A DNA stretch of 33,865 nucleotides from Jimgerdemannia flammicorona (lineage: Eukaryota). The translations under genes were made by a program, and so were the position numbers. The stretch lies in contig RBNJ01000295.1 of assembly GCA_003990765.1 (NCBI GenBank), positions 1 through 33,865 on the forward strand, written 5' to 3'. Below the pieces are notes generated by a model that did no database searches, had not been told where the DNA came from, and worked only from the letters and a program-made list of their open reading frames with translations. Position 1 is the stretch's first letter. Each line of letters starts with the position of its first letter. Shown piece after piece: positions 1 through 11,559 of this stretch.

Positions 1-354
1 ATCGTCACGCAGAAATCGCATAAGGAGAACCGCTAAATTACCAGACCGTCACGCACAGAGATCGTCGCGCTACACAAGACCGTCACCCAGAAATCGCATA
101 CTTTTGGAGATCGCCTCGCTACACAAAATTGTGCCATTCCCAGTTGACCCAAGAAGGAAAAGACATACAAATCACCGCTACACCCAGAGAACCGTCCCAA
201 TAAGGAAATCGCTCGCACAGTATCCAGATCTTGACTATTATACCACTAAACACCAAGAACATTTTGTTGCTTTTAACAAAGTAACTGGGGGCTCAAGCCA
301 AACTACATCAACCCCCAATCTTGTAATTTGCCTCCATTGAGCCGGCACGTTACA
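1..354 (+). mobile_element. LTR, 3' portion (cut by window start), same family as the LTR at 7524-8773; relatively unmutated, CpG retained
   Basis: Aligns to ~8470-8773 (shared GACTATTATACCACTAAACAC, GAACATTTTGTTGCTTTTAACAAAGTAACTG, CCTCCATTGAGCC). Ends ...GTTACA at 354. Short tandem units ATCGTCACGCAGAAATCGCATA at 1-110. No PBS (TGG...) follows it. Confidence 0.85.
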
Positions 355-1990
355 ATATCCAGACCTATTCCACCTCATCCAAGATCTCCAACACTATCCT
401 CAGGATATCCAAGTATCTCAAACTCTACTAACAATTCAGAAGGTGAATCAGAATCAGCATCAGAATCAGAATTAGAATCAGAATTAGTACTAGGATCAGA
501 ACCAGAACTAGAATCAGAAGACAGTAATGATGAAATAGCTACTCTATTGCAAACATTTGCAGGATATCCCGAAGAAGACCCAAGAGAATACCTTGATAGA
601 ATTAAAGGAATTACAGCTCTGAAGAATCTTTTTCCCAAAAGGAAAGTTGCCAACTATAAGATCTAACTCAGAGAACCAGCTAAAGGAATTTTCACCCAAG
701 CAAGAAATGATCCAAACTTAGACCTAGGAGTAGCCATCAATGCAGAACTAACTTGGCTAGCAGAGTATAAATCCATGATCCACTGGCTTATTAAAAAGAA
801 TATAGGAGATGAGACCTGCTATAAGGCTCAAGAATCTATCATGGAAATGAAGATGAACCTTAGAGAATTATCTAGAGCATTCTTTACAAGAATTCAAAAG
901 AGAATGTATGCTGCTGGGTTCAATGCTACCAACTAAGACATTCTAGGTCCAATGACCTTCATGAATAGAATTCCCCCAAACATTGCCCAGTATATCTGCA
1001 CCCTAGGTATCAGAAGATCTGAGGAACAAATAGATACAATTTAAGGATTTTTTAATATCAGATAAGGAACTACTCAGAGGGACCATTAAAAGAAGGATGA
1101 CAAATACAACATCCTGGTCAAAGCTCTACAAGGACTCCTCCAAGTACAAGAAAGATTTGAGGAAAGAAAGTCAGCCAAAGAATAGAAGAAGAATAGAAGT
1201 GAAGTTCAAGACTTTAGTTCCAAGTTAGACTGATAGGTTGGATAAATTGAAAAACTTACCATATGTGAAAATCAGAACTACCTACAAAATATCAGAGAGT
1301 ACATACTACAAAGGAACAAAGGTTATCCACTCAGAGATAATAGGAGCTATCAGTAAAAAGAAAGAAGATACCCTGTCAGGAACAAAGCCCAAGTCCAATA
1401 CTTCTACTGTGGACAATTCAGACACTATGCCACTGAATATGACAACAAAAGAAGTGACTGAAGGGACTCAGAATTACCAAACTGAAGAAATGAAACTCAG
1501 TATGAAGATTGAAGCCCACCCTGTTGAAGACCTTGAAGAAGAAAGCAATAGTGAAGACTATAGTGACCTGGACTTACACCCAGCCAGAGTCATTATCAGG
1601 AAGACAGTCTATCTAGCAGAGAAAAGAAAGAGACCAGTGGGAAGACCATCCAGGAATACCAGTAGAAGAATTCAAGAGAAAGGTGAAGAACATGAAGAGA
1701 AGCAAGTAGAAACACCTTCCCAGTTTCCCTTATCTTTTGTTTCCAAACCAAATGAGTTACTCTCAGAAGATGAAGAAATGGAGCAAGATGAACAGAAACC
1801 TGCTGCACCAAAGCCTAAGAAGTAGTACACTCTAAAGACAATACCCAGAGACATTTACAATAAAGCCTGGCAGAAAATCCAAGAAGCCAAGATAGAAGTT
1901 CCTCTTCTGCAGTTTCTGTAACTGATACTAGCTGGAGTCTGAAATAAGTTACTAAGAACCACCAGGTCTAGTACTGGCTGAGTCTCAATT
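355..1990 (+). pseudogene. gag of element A (disrupted)
   Basis: FAGYPEEDPREYLDRI (retrotransposon gag-type F.G...ED...) at ~556-603; decayed zinc knuckle VQYFYCGQFRHYATEY (from CX2CX4HX4C) at ~1392-1440; acidic GAATCA repeats at 445-520. Boundaries approximate. Confidence 0.75.
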
Positions 1991-2029
1991 CCACAACAAG
2001 AATTAGCTCCTACCCCTATTTAAGCTGTA

Positions 2030-2400
2030 GACAGATATGGCAGCACCTACTTACATGGCAATATTGGAGGACAAAAGGTGAAAATTCTTATAGATACAGG
2101 AGTAGCTGTCTGTGTCATTATTAAACAATTTCTAGATACCCTTCAATAGCCCATTGAAGGACCATCTAATCTCAGTATTATAGTAGCAGATAGAGCCCAA
2201 ACCCAACCCCTTGGAGAAGTATAAAACATCACTAACTCTCTTAGACACATTCAGTTTTCCATTCTAAAAGTTGTTGTTACAAAAGCTATTATCTATGATA
2301 TAATACTTAGTATCAACTGGATGAAGGAAATGAATGCAGTTGTTGATATTGATCAACAAGTACTCAAGTTTGACTACTGAGGCAAAAAGTATACAGTTAA
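2030..2400 (+). pseudogene. Retroviral-type aspartic protease of element A
   Basis: VKILIDTGVAVCVI at ~2078-2119 and YDIILSINWM (decayed YDIILGxDW) at ~2294-2323. Confidence 0.88.
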
Positions 2401-3699
2401 AGTTACTAGCTATAAGCAATTGAAGAAGAAGAAGGTCACCATCTAGAAAAAATATACCAATAGTGAAGAATCAACTATAGAAGAAGAAGAAGAATATGAA
2501 GATAAAAATAATTCCAGACTCAATCTATGAATCTATCTGGTAGATGATAGGCCAGAAGACAATGTGTGGGTCAGAAATATCATCCCTATCATAATTGGAA
2601 CTATTGCAGAACAGATCAAAGGATGTCCCACCTATCTCAAAAGACACAAGTGCCCTGAGCACTCCACAAAGATCATTGGGACATGGAATTCGCCTGGGAC
2701 AGCCTGCCTGAGTGCAGAAATAGTAAGAAGAAATACAGAAATGTTCCAAAGACACCTATAGCCGAAGCTACAGAAGTCCAAGCAATCTGGGGTCAAGAAT
2801 TATCTGAGGGAGAAGAAACCCCTGAACAGGAGGTTCCTAAACAGGAAATACCTAAAGAAGAAGAGATCCCTGAACTTATTCTCTGGGATGATCCTTACTA
2901 GATACCACCTGAAGATAATGACCCTTGGAATATTGAAGAAGGACCCAGTATAATCTCCATTGTCCTAAAGTAAGGAACATATTAGGAAAAAGCCTTTCAG
3001 CTAGAAAGATGTCTATATCAAATAGTCTTCCACTCTCCCCAAGACTACTGTTACCAGTGCTACCTACTGGATCTATAAGAAAGATAGAGACCCTGAAGGC
3101 CAGAACTCCCAACTATAATTGTACTATCAACTATCTTCCAAGAAGTCACTATAAGATCATAAAGTCAATTTAGAGGATAAGGTCTCTTTACCCAAACAGA
3201 AGTATATCCCTTGGCCACCCTTCCCCCAACCTATGACTAAGATAGATACCAATTCGTAAGACAACAGGAGATTAATAGCTGGGAACAGCATTTTTGAGTA
3301 ATGGAATATTGCAACCATAGATGACATCTAGACTGCTGAGACTACAGACACCAGAAGATTCACCTTAGCCAAGATCTAGTGGTCCATATACTAAAAAGAG
3401 GAGACAATAGAACTCAGAGTCAAAAAAGCCAGACCAAGAAATCAGGAAGAAGGATTTTCAAAATCTACAAATTGGGAGAAGATATCCTAGCTCCCATCAG
3501 ACATACAATTTGCTGAAGATGGGTAGAAGATGCCATCAATTTTATGGAAGCCCTATACCCCACAGGAAAAAGAGGAATCAACTAGCTCTGAGATCCCTCT
3601 ACTGTAGCCAGATTGCCACACCTTAACCTCAGAGCTTGGAGACTTTCTACCCATGGAGCTTCAGCCCAAAGATAGCCTAAACTTAGCAAAGATATTGCC

Positions 3700-4105
3700 C
3701 AGTATATCCTGCTATATCCTAAGGCCAAACACTAAACCAAAGCTCACCAGGAAGATGTAGGGTATGATCTCTACAGTCTGGAGGATGAATACATCAAGCC
3801 TGGAAGAACATTGGTATTCAGAACTGGACTAGCCATGCAGCCATCCAAAGAAACTTACATCCAACTGACCTCAAGGTCTGGACTTTCCAGACAAGAAGTA
3901 ACTGTAGAAGGAGGAATCATAGATTCAGGATATATAGGCGAAATCAAGATCATCCTACATAATAGTCATACAGAATGGCACTGAATTCTTAAAGGACAGA
4001 AGATTACTCAAGCAGTCTTCATGAAAGTCAAGACTCCTCAATTTAAAGAAGTCTCCAAACTGACTAAAGAAATAAGTCAAGCTGGAGATTTTGGAAGTTC
4101 AGATA
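3700..4105 (+). pseudogene. dUTPase domain of element A pol
   Basis: All five trimeric dUTPase motifs in order: DVGYDLY (I), SRSGLS (II), GGIIDSGYIGEI (III), ITQAVF (IV), QAGDFGSS (V); one internal stop and one frameshift. Confidence 0.92.
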
Positions 4106-4559
4106 AAAAGGAAGTACATCTCCTTCAGGTTAACCACAAGAAGAATGATCCCCAGTAAGTATATTACCAACTAGTCAAACTGCACAGAATCTCATCCTGG
4201 AGTCTAGAGAGCAAAATACCTTCGAAATCTTTGCCCCACCTGATTCCAGGAATCTCTTCTTTGAACATAATAAAGATTTCCCAAATCTGAATATTGAAGG
4301 ATACACATTCTCTGACAAAATGAATCCAGTACACTCCTGAGCAATCAACCAGAGCTGGGAAAGCATCATCTTGCCAAAAGAAACCATCATTGGACATTTG
4401 GTGCTTTTTCTCAACCAAATCCACAGAGAAGTCCATGAGCTTAACTTATCAGGAAATGGAAAAAGGTCTCAGAAGAAAGGAAAGACCTCTCTGCAACCTA
4501 GGAGACAGTGAAGCCTTCCACCAACATTGGAGAAGAATTGACACCTCAGAAATAGTAAC

Positions 4560-5905
4560 AGCTAGTAGAACTCCTCAAAAAATATCAAGATATCTTCACT
4601 ACTAATTATGGTAACCTACCATACAACCCATTATACCACTATAGTATAAATATAGCAAATGTAACACCCATCTGGCAGATATCCTAGAGAATACCCCATC
4701 ACCTGAAGACCTTCAAAAAGGAATATATTTAAGAACTCTTAGACAATGGAGTCATCAGACCATCTGCTAGCCCTTGCACCAGCCCTATACTTATTATACC
4801 AAAGAAAGGAGGATGAAGACTCTGTATAGACAACAAGAAACTCAATTTAGTTACAGAAAAGAGTATCTATCCTTTGCCCAGAATTGTTGATCTCTTAGAC
4901 AGTTACAAGATATCAGATACTTTAGCATTATGGACCTTTTTGCAGGATTCCACAAGATCTCTATAGACCCCAAGGTCATTCCAAAAACAGTCTTTCTTAC
5001 TCTAGGAAAACTGTTGGAATACCTCCAAATATCCTTTAAACTTTGCAATGAACCTCCCATCTTCCAGAGAATGATGAACTCAGTCTATAACCTATTGATC
5101 TACTACTGCCTGATTGTATACATAGGTGATTCTAATATCTATTCAAAAAATTTTGAGGAACTACCTAGAAGAATTCTTCAAGCTCACTCATAAGAACCAC
5201 CTAAGACCCAATGCTAAGAAATGCTATTTTGGAATACAGAAACTTGAATTCCTTAGATTCATAGTTTTGAAAAAAGAAATCCATATAGATTTAAAGAAAA
5301 CTGAGAAGATCAACAATTGGCCAGTACTCAAGACCCTGAAGGAAATACTATTATTTCTGATGGTAGTATTCTACTACAGAAGATTTATCAAGGACTTTGC
5401 CCAAATTACTGCTCTAATCTGAATTCTTCTCAAGAAAAGTGTTTCCTATAAATAGATAGAATTACAGAAAAAACATTCAAAGAACTTAAGCACTATATGA
5501 CTACAGTACTAATCCTTATTTGGCCCAATTTATAGAAGCCATTTATCTTATATACAGATGCCTCCAAAGATAGCCTTTGAGTAGTTCTAGCCTAAGAAGG
5601 ATCTGACCAATAGTACTATGTAATAGCTTATGCAAGCTAAGCATCCAATCAGCAGCAGATCAACTATGGCAGCACTAAATTGGAATTTCTTACAGTCATA
5701 TGGACAGTTATCTGGTTCAGGCATTATCTTATCAGAAAAAGATTTACTCTGATAACTGACTATATAGTTCTCAAATAGCTATTCAACTATAAGGAACCTA
5801 CTGGAATCTTGGTCTGCTGGATCCTCATCCTTCAAGATCATAAAATAACCATCATTCTCAAAGCAGAGAAAGCTCACAACAATGTTGATGTACTTTTCCA
5901 CCAAC
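4560..5905 (+). pseudogene. Reverse transcriptase + RNase H of element A
   Basis: DLFAGFHKI, SFKLCNEPPIFQRMM, IVYIGDSNIYS (decayed YIDD), KCYFG..LEFL, YYRRFIKDFAQI; RNase H FILYTDAS, NYGSTKLEFL, FRHYL, FTLITD, HNNVDVL. Confidence 0.93.
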
Positions 5906-5929
5906 TCCGATGAACCAGAAGAAGGGTGT

Positions 5930-6987
5930 ACTAAGGAACTACACCCTAAAGGAAACTCCTTTGACTATCAAAGTACAAGAAGATCTCATCCAAAAAGAAT
6001 ACCAGAAAGCCTGCCAAGGACAGATATATATATATAGAAGAAAAACTACGAATGATATACCACCATTGATCCAATCTCAGAACACAGGCCCAAGACATAC
6101 TCAAGAAATGTGATATCTGCCAAAAGTACAAAGGAAAGAAGAATTATCAAATATCATTACAACTAAACATACCATCAGACAACATCTTACAAAGATATAG
6201 AGTAGATATAATTGGATCTTTACCAGTTATACCAAGAAGGAACAAGTATATCTTTATATTTGTAAATCATCTAACCAAGTGGCCTAAAGCTTTCCTAATA
6301 GAAATCACAGTGCCTTGACTATTGTAGGCCTCCTCCTAGACTCATACTCAGATATAGACCTCCAGAAGAACTTATCTCTGACCAAGGCACCAAATTCATC
6401 AATAATATAATTATAAGTTATATCTTAATTCACAAGATCCAATACAAACAGACCACATCATACTACCCTCAATAGTGTAACAGAACAAATGAACCAGACC
6501 ATCAAGAAAGAACTTGTCTGAGTCAATTCTACTAACTGAGACCTCTGCTTACCTGAGATCCTATGGGAAATTCAGAACACCCCTACTGCCTCTATCAAAC
6601 AAAAGCCTTTCAAGATGATATTTGTAAAGAAAACCAGAACTACCTATTATAAAAACCTTGGAGATCTCCTCAAGAAGGCAGAATAGTTATATAATCAAGT
6701 CCAAGTTCAGATTATTAAGGCCCAAGAGAGACAAAAGAAGTATTATGATCAGAAGCAGAAGAATCAGAAGATTAAGATTGGAGATCAAGTACAAGTTTGG
6801 AGATATATGATTGCAACACACTTTGCAACCAAACTGAAACCTAAATGGGAAGGACCTTATCTTGAATATAATATCAGAGAACCCAGTATCTATTTAAGAA
6901 GTATAGATGGATGAACTCTAAGGATACCAGTATACATCAACTACCTCAAGATATATCTCTCTCCTTATTATGAACTATACAATTGAC
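5930..6987 (+). pseudogene. Integrase of element A
   Basis: CDICQK (HHCC zinc finger), VDIIGSLP..RRNKYIFIFVNHLTKWPKAF, PEELISDQGTKF, C-terminal KLKPKWEGPY (GPY/F motif); no chromodomain seen. Confidence 0.9.
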
Positions 6988-7076
6988 CAGTGTCTCCAGA
7001 CTCTTGTCCTAAGTTCATTTTAATTACTTCTAGTTCCTCTTGCACAATTCCACTAAGCCAATAGAAACCCCCTCTA

Positions 7077-7481
7077 ATGAATCCAGACCCATCAGGAGAA
7101 TCTCACCTTGGTCAGACATTTACTATAAGTCTATCAGCTATAGGTCTACTATGTAATTAGAGAAAGTTGCAGAACTTTCCAGCCCCAGACCTAATCTATA
7201 TTAGTAACTCCACTGATCTGACCTGGAAAAACACAACTGCTGCAGATAGATTGTATACAATCTACAAACAAAATACCCCAGACCTGATATAGGCATAGTT
7301 CTCTCTAAGTAATATATAACAAATGAATCTCATCATCTATCTGAGTATAATCAATTATGTTGAAATTCTGTTCTTAGAAGAAGAAGAAGAACCTGTTAAA
7401 TTGAGTGACTCTAATCCAAAAAAAGATAACTGTTCAGATATTGATACTGAAGATACTTATACTTATTGAGATAATGACTAA
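7077..7481 (+). pseudogene. Extra ORF3 of element A, ~135 codons, unknown function
   Basis: One frame from ATG 7077 (MNPDPSGESHLGQTF...) to TAA 7481, with an acidic C-terminus (LEEEEEEP..DIDTED). Internal stops are compatible with C>T/G>A decay of CAG/TGG/CAA/CGA codons. Confidence 0.55.
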
Positions 7482-7523
7482 AGGATAGTCCAAGGACAGA
7501 TCATCCTTTAGTAGGGGCTGATT

Positions 7524-8773
7524 TGATGAGTAGCAGAATTATACTGCTGAAATCATAAATTAGCTATATACTATATCTAGTGCTCTAAGCAACTAAGACT
7601 GCCTTACTGTACCAATCTGCATAATTATTCAGAGATATCAGAAACAGTATATTTATCTATATCAGTACAGTATACTATACTAAGTCAGTAATATATAAGT
7701 CCAGTATACTGTACTATTCAGATATACTTGTATTGATAGCAATCTATAATTAGTTATATAGTAACTAGTAGCAACCATAACTGTATAAAATACCCCAGAG
7801 ACAAGAGTGAATAAATGTCAGTTTGAAATTCAGAATACATTTTAACTCCAGTCTCCTTTCTGATATGAAGCTTTGGTTTGCTTGTCAGGTAAGCCTGAAG
7901 AATTTGAGTAAATCTGTGACTCAAGAAAGAGCTGCTATTTTCAAAAAGAAGTCCACCACCTTATCACAAAGCCAGTCTGTTGATATAACTTGCAGTAAGC
8001 TTGTTCATACAAATGAAGCCAGTCTTGATGTAACTTTGCCAAGAAGAAGAGAATCTGAGTTATTATTCAAGGAGTCTGCTGATTCAGAAGAATCCACATC
8101 ATTTACTATTTTCGAGTTATCTGCAATTCCCAGAGAGCCCACCTTAAGAAAACTTGCCACAAGCTAGTCTATCTGATACAACTTCAGAGTAGAGCCAGTT
8201 TCTCTCTGATGTAACTCCATGCAAATGAAGCAAGTCTTTGATATATCTTACCAGGAATCTACAATCCAAGCTATCTGAATTATCTGTGCCATCTAGATTA
8301 TTTCCCAGAAGAATCTGCCAATTCAGAAGAATCCACACCAAACTGAGTTATCCAAGTTATCAAGTTATCTGACATTTCCAGAGAAGCCTGCCAATTCAGG
8401 AGAATTCACACCAAACCAAGTCATCCAAATTATCTGCCAAATCTGCATAAGGAATACTGCCAAGTTCATTATGCCAAGGTCATCATACAGAAATCACATA
8501 CTCTTAGAGATCATCACCCAAGAAGAAAACTGCTAAATTGTCAGATTGTCTTATATAAGGAATTGTCACAAATACACACAAATCACTGCTATATCTAAGA
8601 ACCATTCCAATAAGAAAATCAACTATTGTATCTAGATTGACTATTATACCACTAAACACTAACAAGGAATCTGAGAACATTTTGTTGCTTTTAACAAAGT
8701 AACTGAGAGCTCAAGCAAAACTACACTAACTCCCAACCTTGTAAATTACCTCCATTGAGCCAGGTACATTACA
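7524..8773 (+). repeat. 3' LTR of element A (~1.25 kb)
   Basis: Starts TGATGAG after PPT AGTAGGGG; ends ...ATTACA at 8773; 3' part matches 1-354; TATAAAA at ~7784 and AATAAA at ~7809; internal repeats CTGCCAATTCAGAAGAATCCACACC at ~8075-8415. The 5' boundary is inferred from the PPT only. Confidence 0.8.
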
Positions 8774-8966
8774 CTAGAGTGAATAAACATCAGATCAAAA
8801 TAGTTCAAAGCAAAGAGAAATCAAGAGAACTAGTAAGCCTGCAGATAAATATACTTTGAACTTACCTACTCCTACATTCCAAGGACTCTACAGAGTTAAG
8901 GAAGATCAAGTTTTTAAGATATAGAAATCCAATATACTTTTACAGTTATACATTTACTATGTTATA
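8774..8966 (+). repeat. 3' part of the 5' LTR of element B, followed by a decayed PBS
   Basis: CTAGAGTGAATAAAC...TGTTATA aligns to 14944-15136 (...TATTACA). Followed by ACTTAGTGCCCATTGACTGG, probably TGGTGCCC... with G>A. Confidence 0.85.
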
Positions 8967-8995
8967 ACTTAGTGCCCATTGACTGGTGATTCAAG

Positions 8996-10390
8996 ATGAA
9001 TTCCTCACTTTTAAGCTAAACAATGAACAACTGCTACTGTCTAAACAACCATATAAACCAAACCAAGACATCTAGACAAGATAGATATAAGATCTCTAGT
9101 ATTCCTCAGATATACTTCAGATGAATCAAACATTATCTTCAATGATGATTTTGAGCAACATGCTGCTATAAGTACCCTGACAACAAGGCTGCAAGTAGCC
9201 CTCATACTCTTTAGTCTTTAAGGCCCAGCAAGAGCAGCATTCACAGCTATATCTCATGTAGGAAATGATGATGATGCTCTACTGACAGCACAGAAGATCT
9301 GGCTTAAAGCCACCTACTATATAGATGAGATCAAGTAAGTCCTGAAGGATCAGCTCAACACAACATATCAAGGAATGAATGAGGATCTAAATATATTCTA
9401 CACTAGAATTTGATATCAGATAATCCTCACAGATTATAATACTGCTATCTAAGACAAAGTAGTCAAGGCAATCTTCATAAAGAGAGTTTACCCTAAAATA
9501 GCCAGAGCCATCTATTCATCACCAGTAGTCCTGGATCTGGTACAGAAGGTTGCCTATGCTCAGCAATACTGGATAGCCAGACATCTATAAGACCATACAA
9601 TGGAAAGAGTCACTGGTATCAGAATTGAAAAGACAACTAGTATGATTCTCACTACAGTGATCAACCGAAATACCTCAGCCAAGAGCTACTGAGCAGCAAA
9701 GAAACAGTGACCCTTTGGAGGAACCAGCTAAGAAGTTTGCTAAAATGACCACCCACTTAGGAGATATGGTAAAGGAAATCAGTAAAAGAGTTCATTACCT
9801 AGTTCAGAAGTTTGCCATTACCTCAGACAAGAAGAGGTATCTGCTATACTTATAGAGAAGAAGGCCACTACTTATATGAATATATTAGTGAAACCAAGTA
9901 CAAGGCTCAACCAAGTAATACTATATAAAATAGAGAACAAGTCAACACTATCACTTTTGAAGAGAGTGGAGAATCTGATGAAGAAGAATAGGAGACATAC
10001 CCTGTACAGACCACTAAGGATGTTTATAAGAAACCCTACAAGAGACCACCAGGGAGACTCAAGAAGAACCTAGTGGAGAAACAGATGGAAACTGCAACAG
10101 AAAGCCAAGCTGAAGAAATGGATCAAGACATGGAACTCAAGCAAGTAGTTCAAGATATTATCTGAGAAACTACCTCAGTTCTAGCCAGTAAAGGAGAAAA
10201 GAAAAAGAAGCTTAACAAAACCAAGACCTCAAGTATAATATCTTCAAGGATCTTAGCTAATAAAAGGTCAATAGAACCTTTGGCCAGCTGATAGAAATTT
10301 CCACATTCAGACAGCAAATGAGATTTGGACTGACTGAAGCAACTAAAGAGCAAGGTTGGAAGATAACTGAGGCTAACAATATTCAAGAAG
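8996..10390 (+). pseudogene. gag of element B (disrupted)
   Basis: WLKATYY, YQGMNEDLNIFYTRI (Q..NE....F..R gag motif), decayed zinc knuckle GICYTYREEGHYLYEY at ~9836-9883. Boundaries approximate. Confidence 0.72.
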
Positions 10391-10409
10391 ACTCAGGAGA
10401 AGAAAGTGA

Positions 10410-10760
10410 AGATAATTGCAAGATCTGTCTATACAATCTGTCAAATTGAAGATAGAATCTTCGAGGCCATCATTAATACTAGAGCAGAAGGATGCCTTCT
10501 CAGCAAGAAAGCAGCAGACTGCCTAAGTTGGGAGGTTAAAGAAGCAACCAAGTTAGTATTTGTCACAGTAGATAGAATAAGAGCCACACCTCTTAGAAAG
10601 AGATGAGCTATCTCTATCAAGTTTGGAGGAGCAATCATCTCAGTAGATGTTATTGTAACCAATATAACCAACTATGACATTCTGATCAGCAACCAATGGC
10701 TTCATAAAGCCAGAGCAATAACCAATCTAAATTCCCAGAAGATATAAATTTTTATCAATA
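10410..10760 (+). pseudogene. Aspartic protease of element B
   Basis: EAIINTRAEGCLLS (IIDTGA changed by two G>A substitutions); YDILISNQWL. Confidence 0.85.
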
Positions 10761-11089
10761 TCAACAAAGTAGTACTCCCTGAAATAAAGAAAGAAGAGAG
10801 TGAGCAAGAAAAAGCCTATAAGAGAACTACTCAGAAAAAGAAGAAGAAAGTTGAATGGATTAGTGAAGAAGACTGTTGCAAGAAAATTATGGAAGAATAT
10901 ACACTATAAGTCTGCTCTCATAGAATTAAGATGTACTATATAGAGTATGTCAATGATTGCTATCAGTGTACTAGTGGAATCAAGAAGATCTACTATGAAA
11001 AAGACAGAATATCTTGGAGAAACAAGTAAGAGAAGAGAAGGAGGAGAAAGATAATAACTAATTACCAGCTTTTCTGAAAGATAGTAATG

Positions 11090-11495
11090 ATAAAGAGGAG
11101 ATCCAGGTCAAAATTTAGAAATCTACATGAGTCAGAAAATATAGCAGGAATGGATATCACTATTGTAGAAGAAACTATACTTAAGGGCCAGACAACTACC
11201 CTACTTGTAATAGGTCTGGAGATGACAATTCTAAAAGACAATATCAAAATCCTCAAGACAAGAAGTAGTCTGGCCAAAAGTGAGATTACCATCAAAGGAG
11301 GAATCATTGATTTATAATATATTAAAGAAATACTACTTATTGCTAGAAACCACAACTCTATAATTTCATTTCCAATTAAGAAGAAGGACTGACTGGTACA
11401 GATGTTAATCTTCTCAGTCCCATGGTCAAAGATCATAGAAGACAAGAAGTTGGAGGAAACAAAGAGAGGAAGGAAAGAATTTGGATCTACAGAAA
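11090..11495 (+). pseudogene. dUTPase domain of element B pol
   Basis: Motifs AGMDI (I), TRSSLA (II), GGIIDL*YIKEI (III), D*LVQMLI (IV), RGRKEFGST (V), all in one frame with stops. Confidence 0.9.
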
Positions 11496-11559
11496 GAAGA
11501 AAATTTACTAGTACTAATATTACCAAGCTGGATCACAAGAAGGAAACTACAAACAAGTA

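Larger units (their letters stand above)
355..8773 (+). mobile_element. Degenerate Ty3/Gypsy LTR retrotransposon A (gag-PR-Cys-rich insert-dUTPase-RT-RNase H-IN-ORF3-PPT-LTR)
   Basis: Gypsy domain order PR-RT-RH-IN is readable through many stops and frameshifts; PPT at ~7510-7518 followed by a TG...CA LTR. Confidence 0.93.

Noticed and set aside
6860..7070. Possible chromodomain after the integrase
   Set aside because: Pol ends shortly after the GPY motif in both elements; no chromodomain aromatic pattern is seen.
7823..8167. 114 aa ORF within LTR A
   Set aside because: No ATG start and no motif; an opposite-strand acidic relic cannot be excluded but is unsupported.
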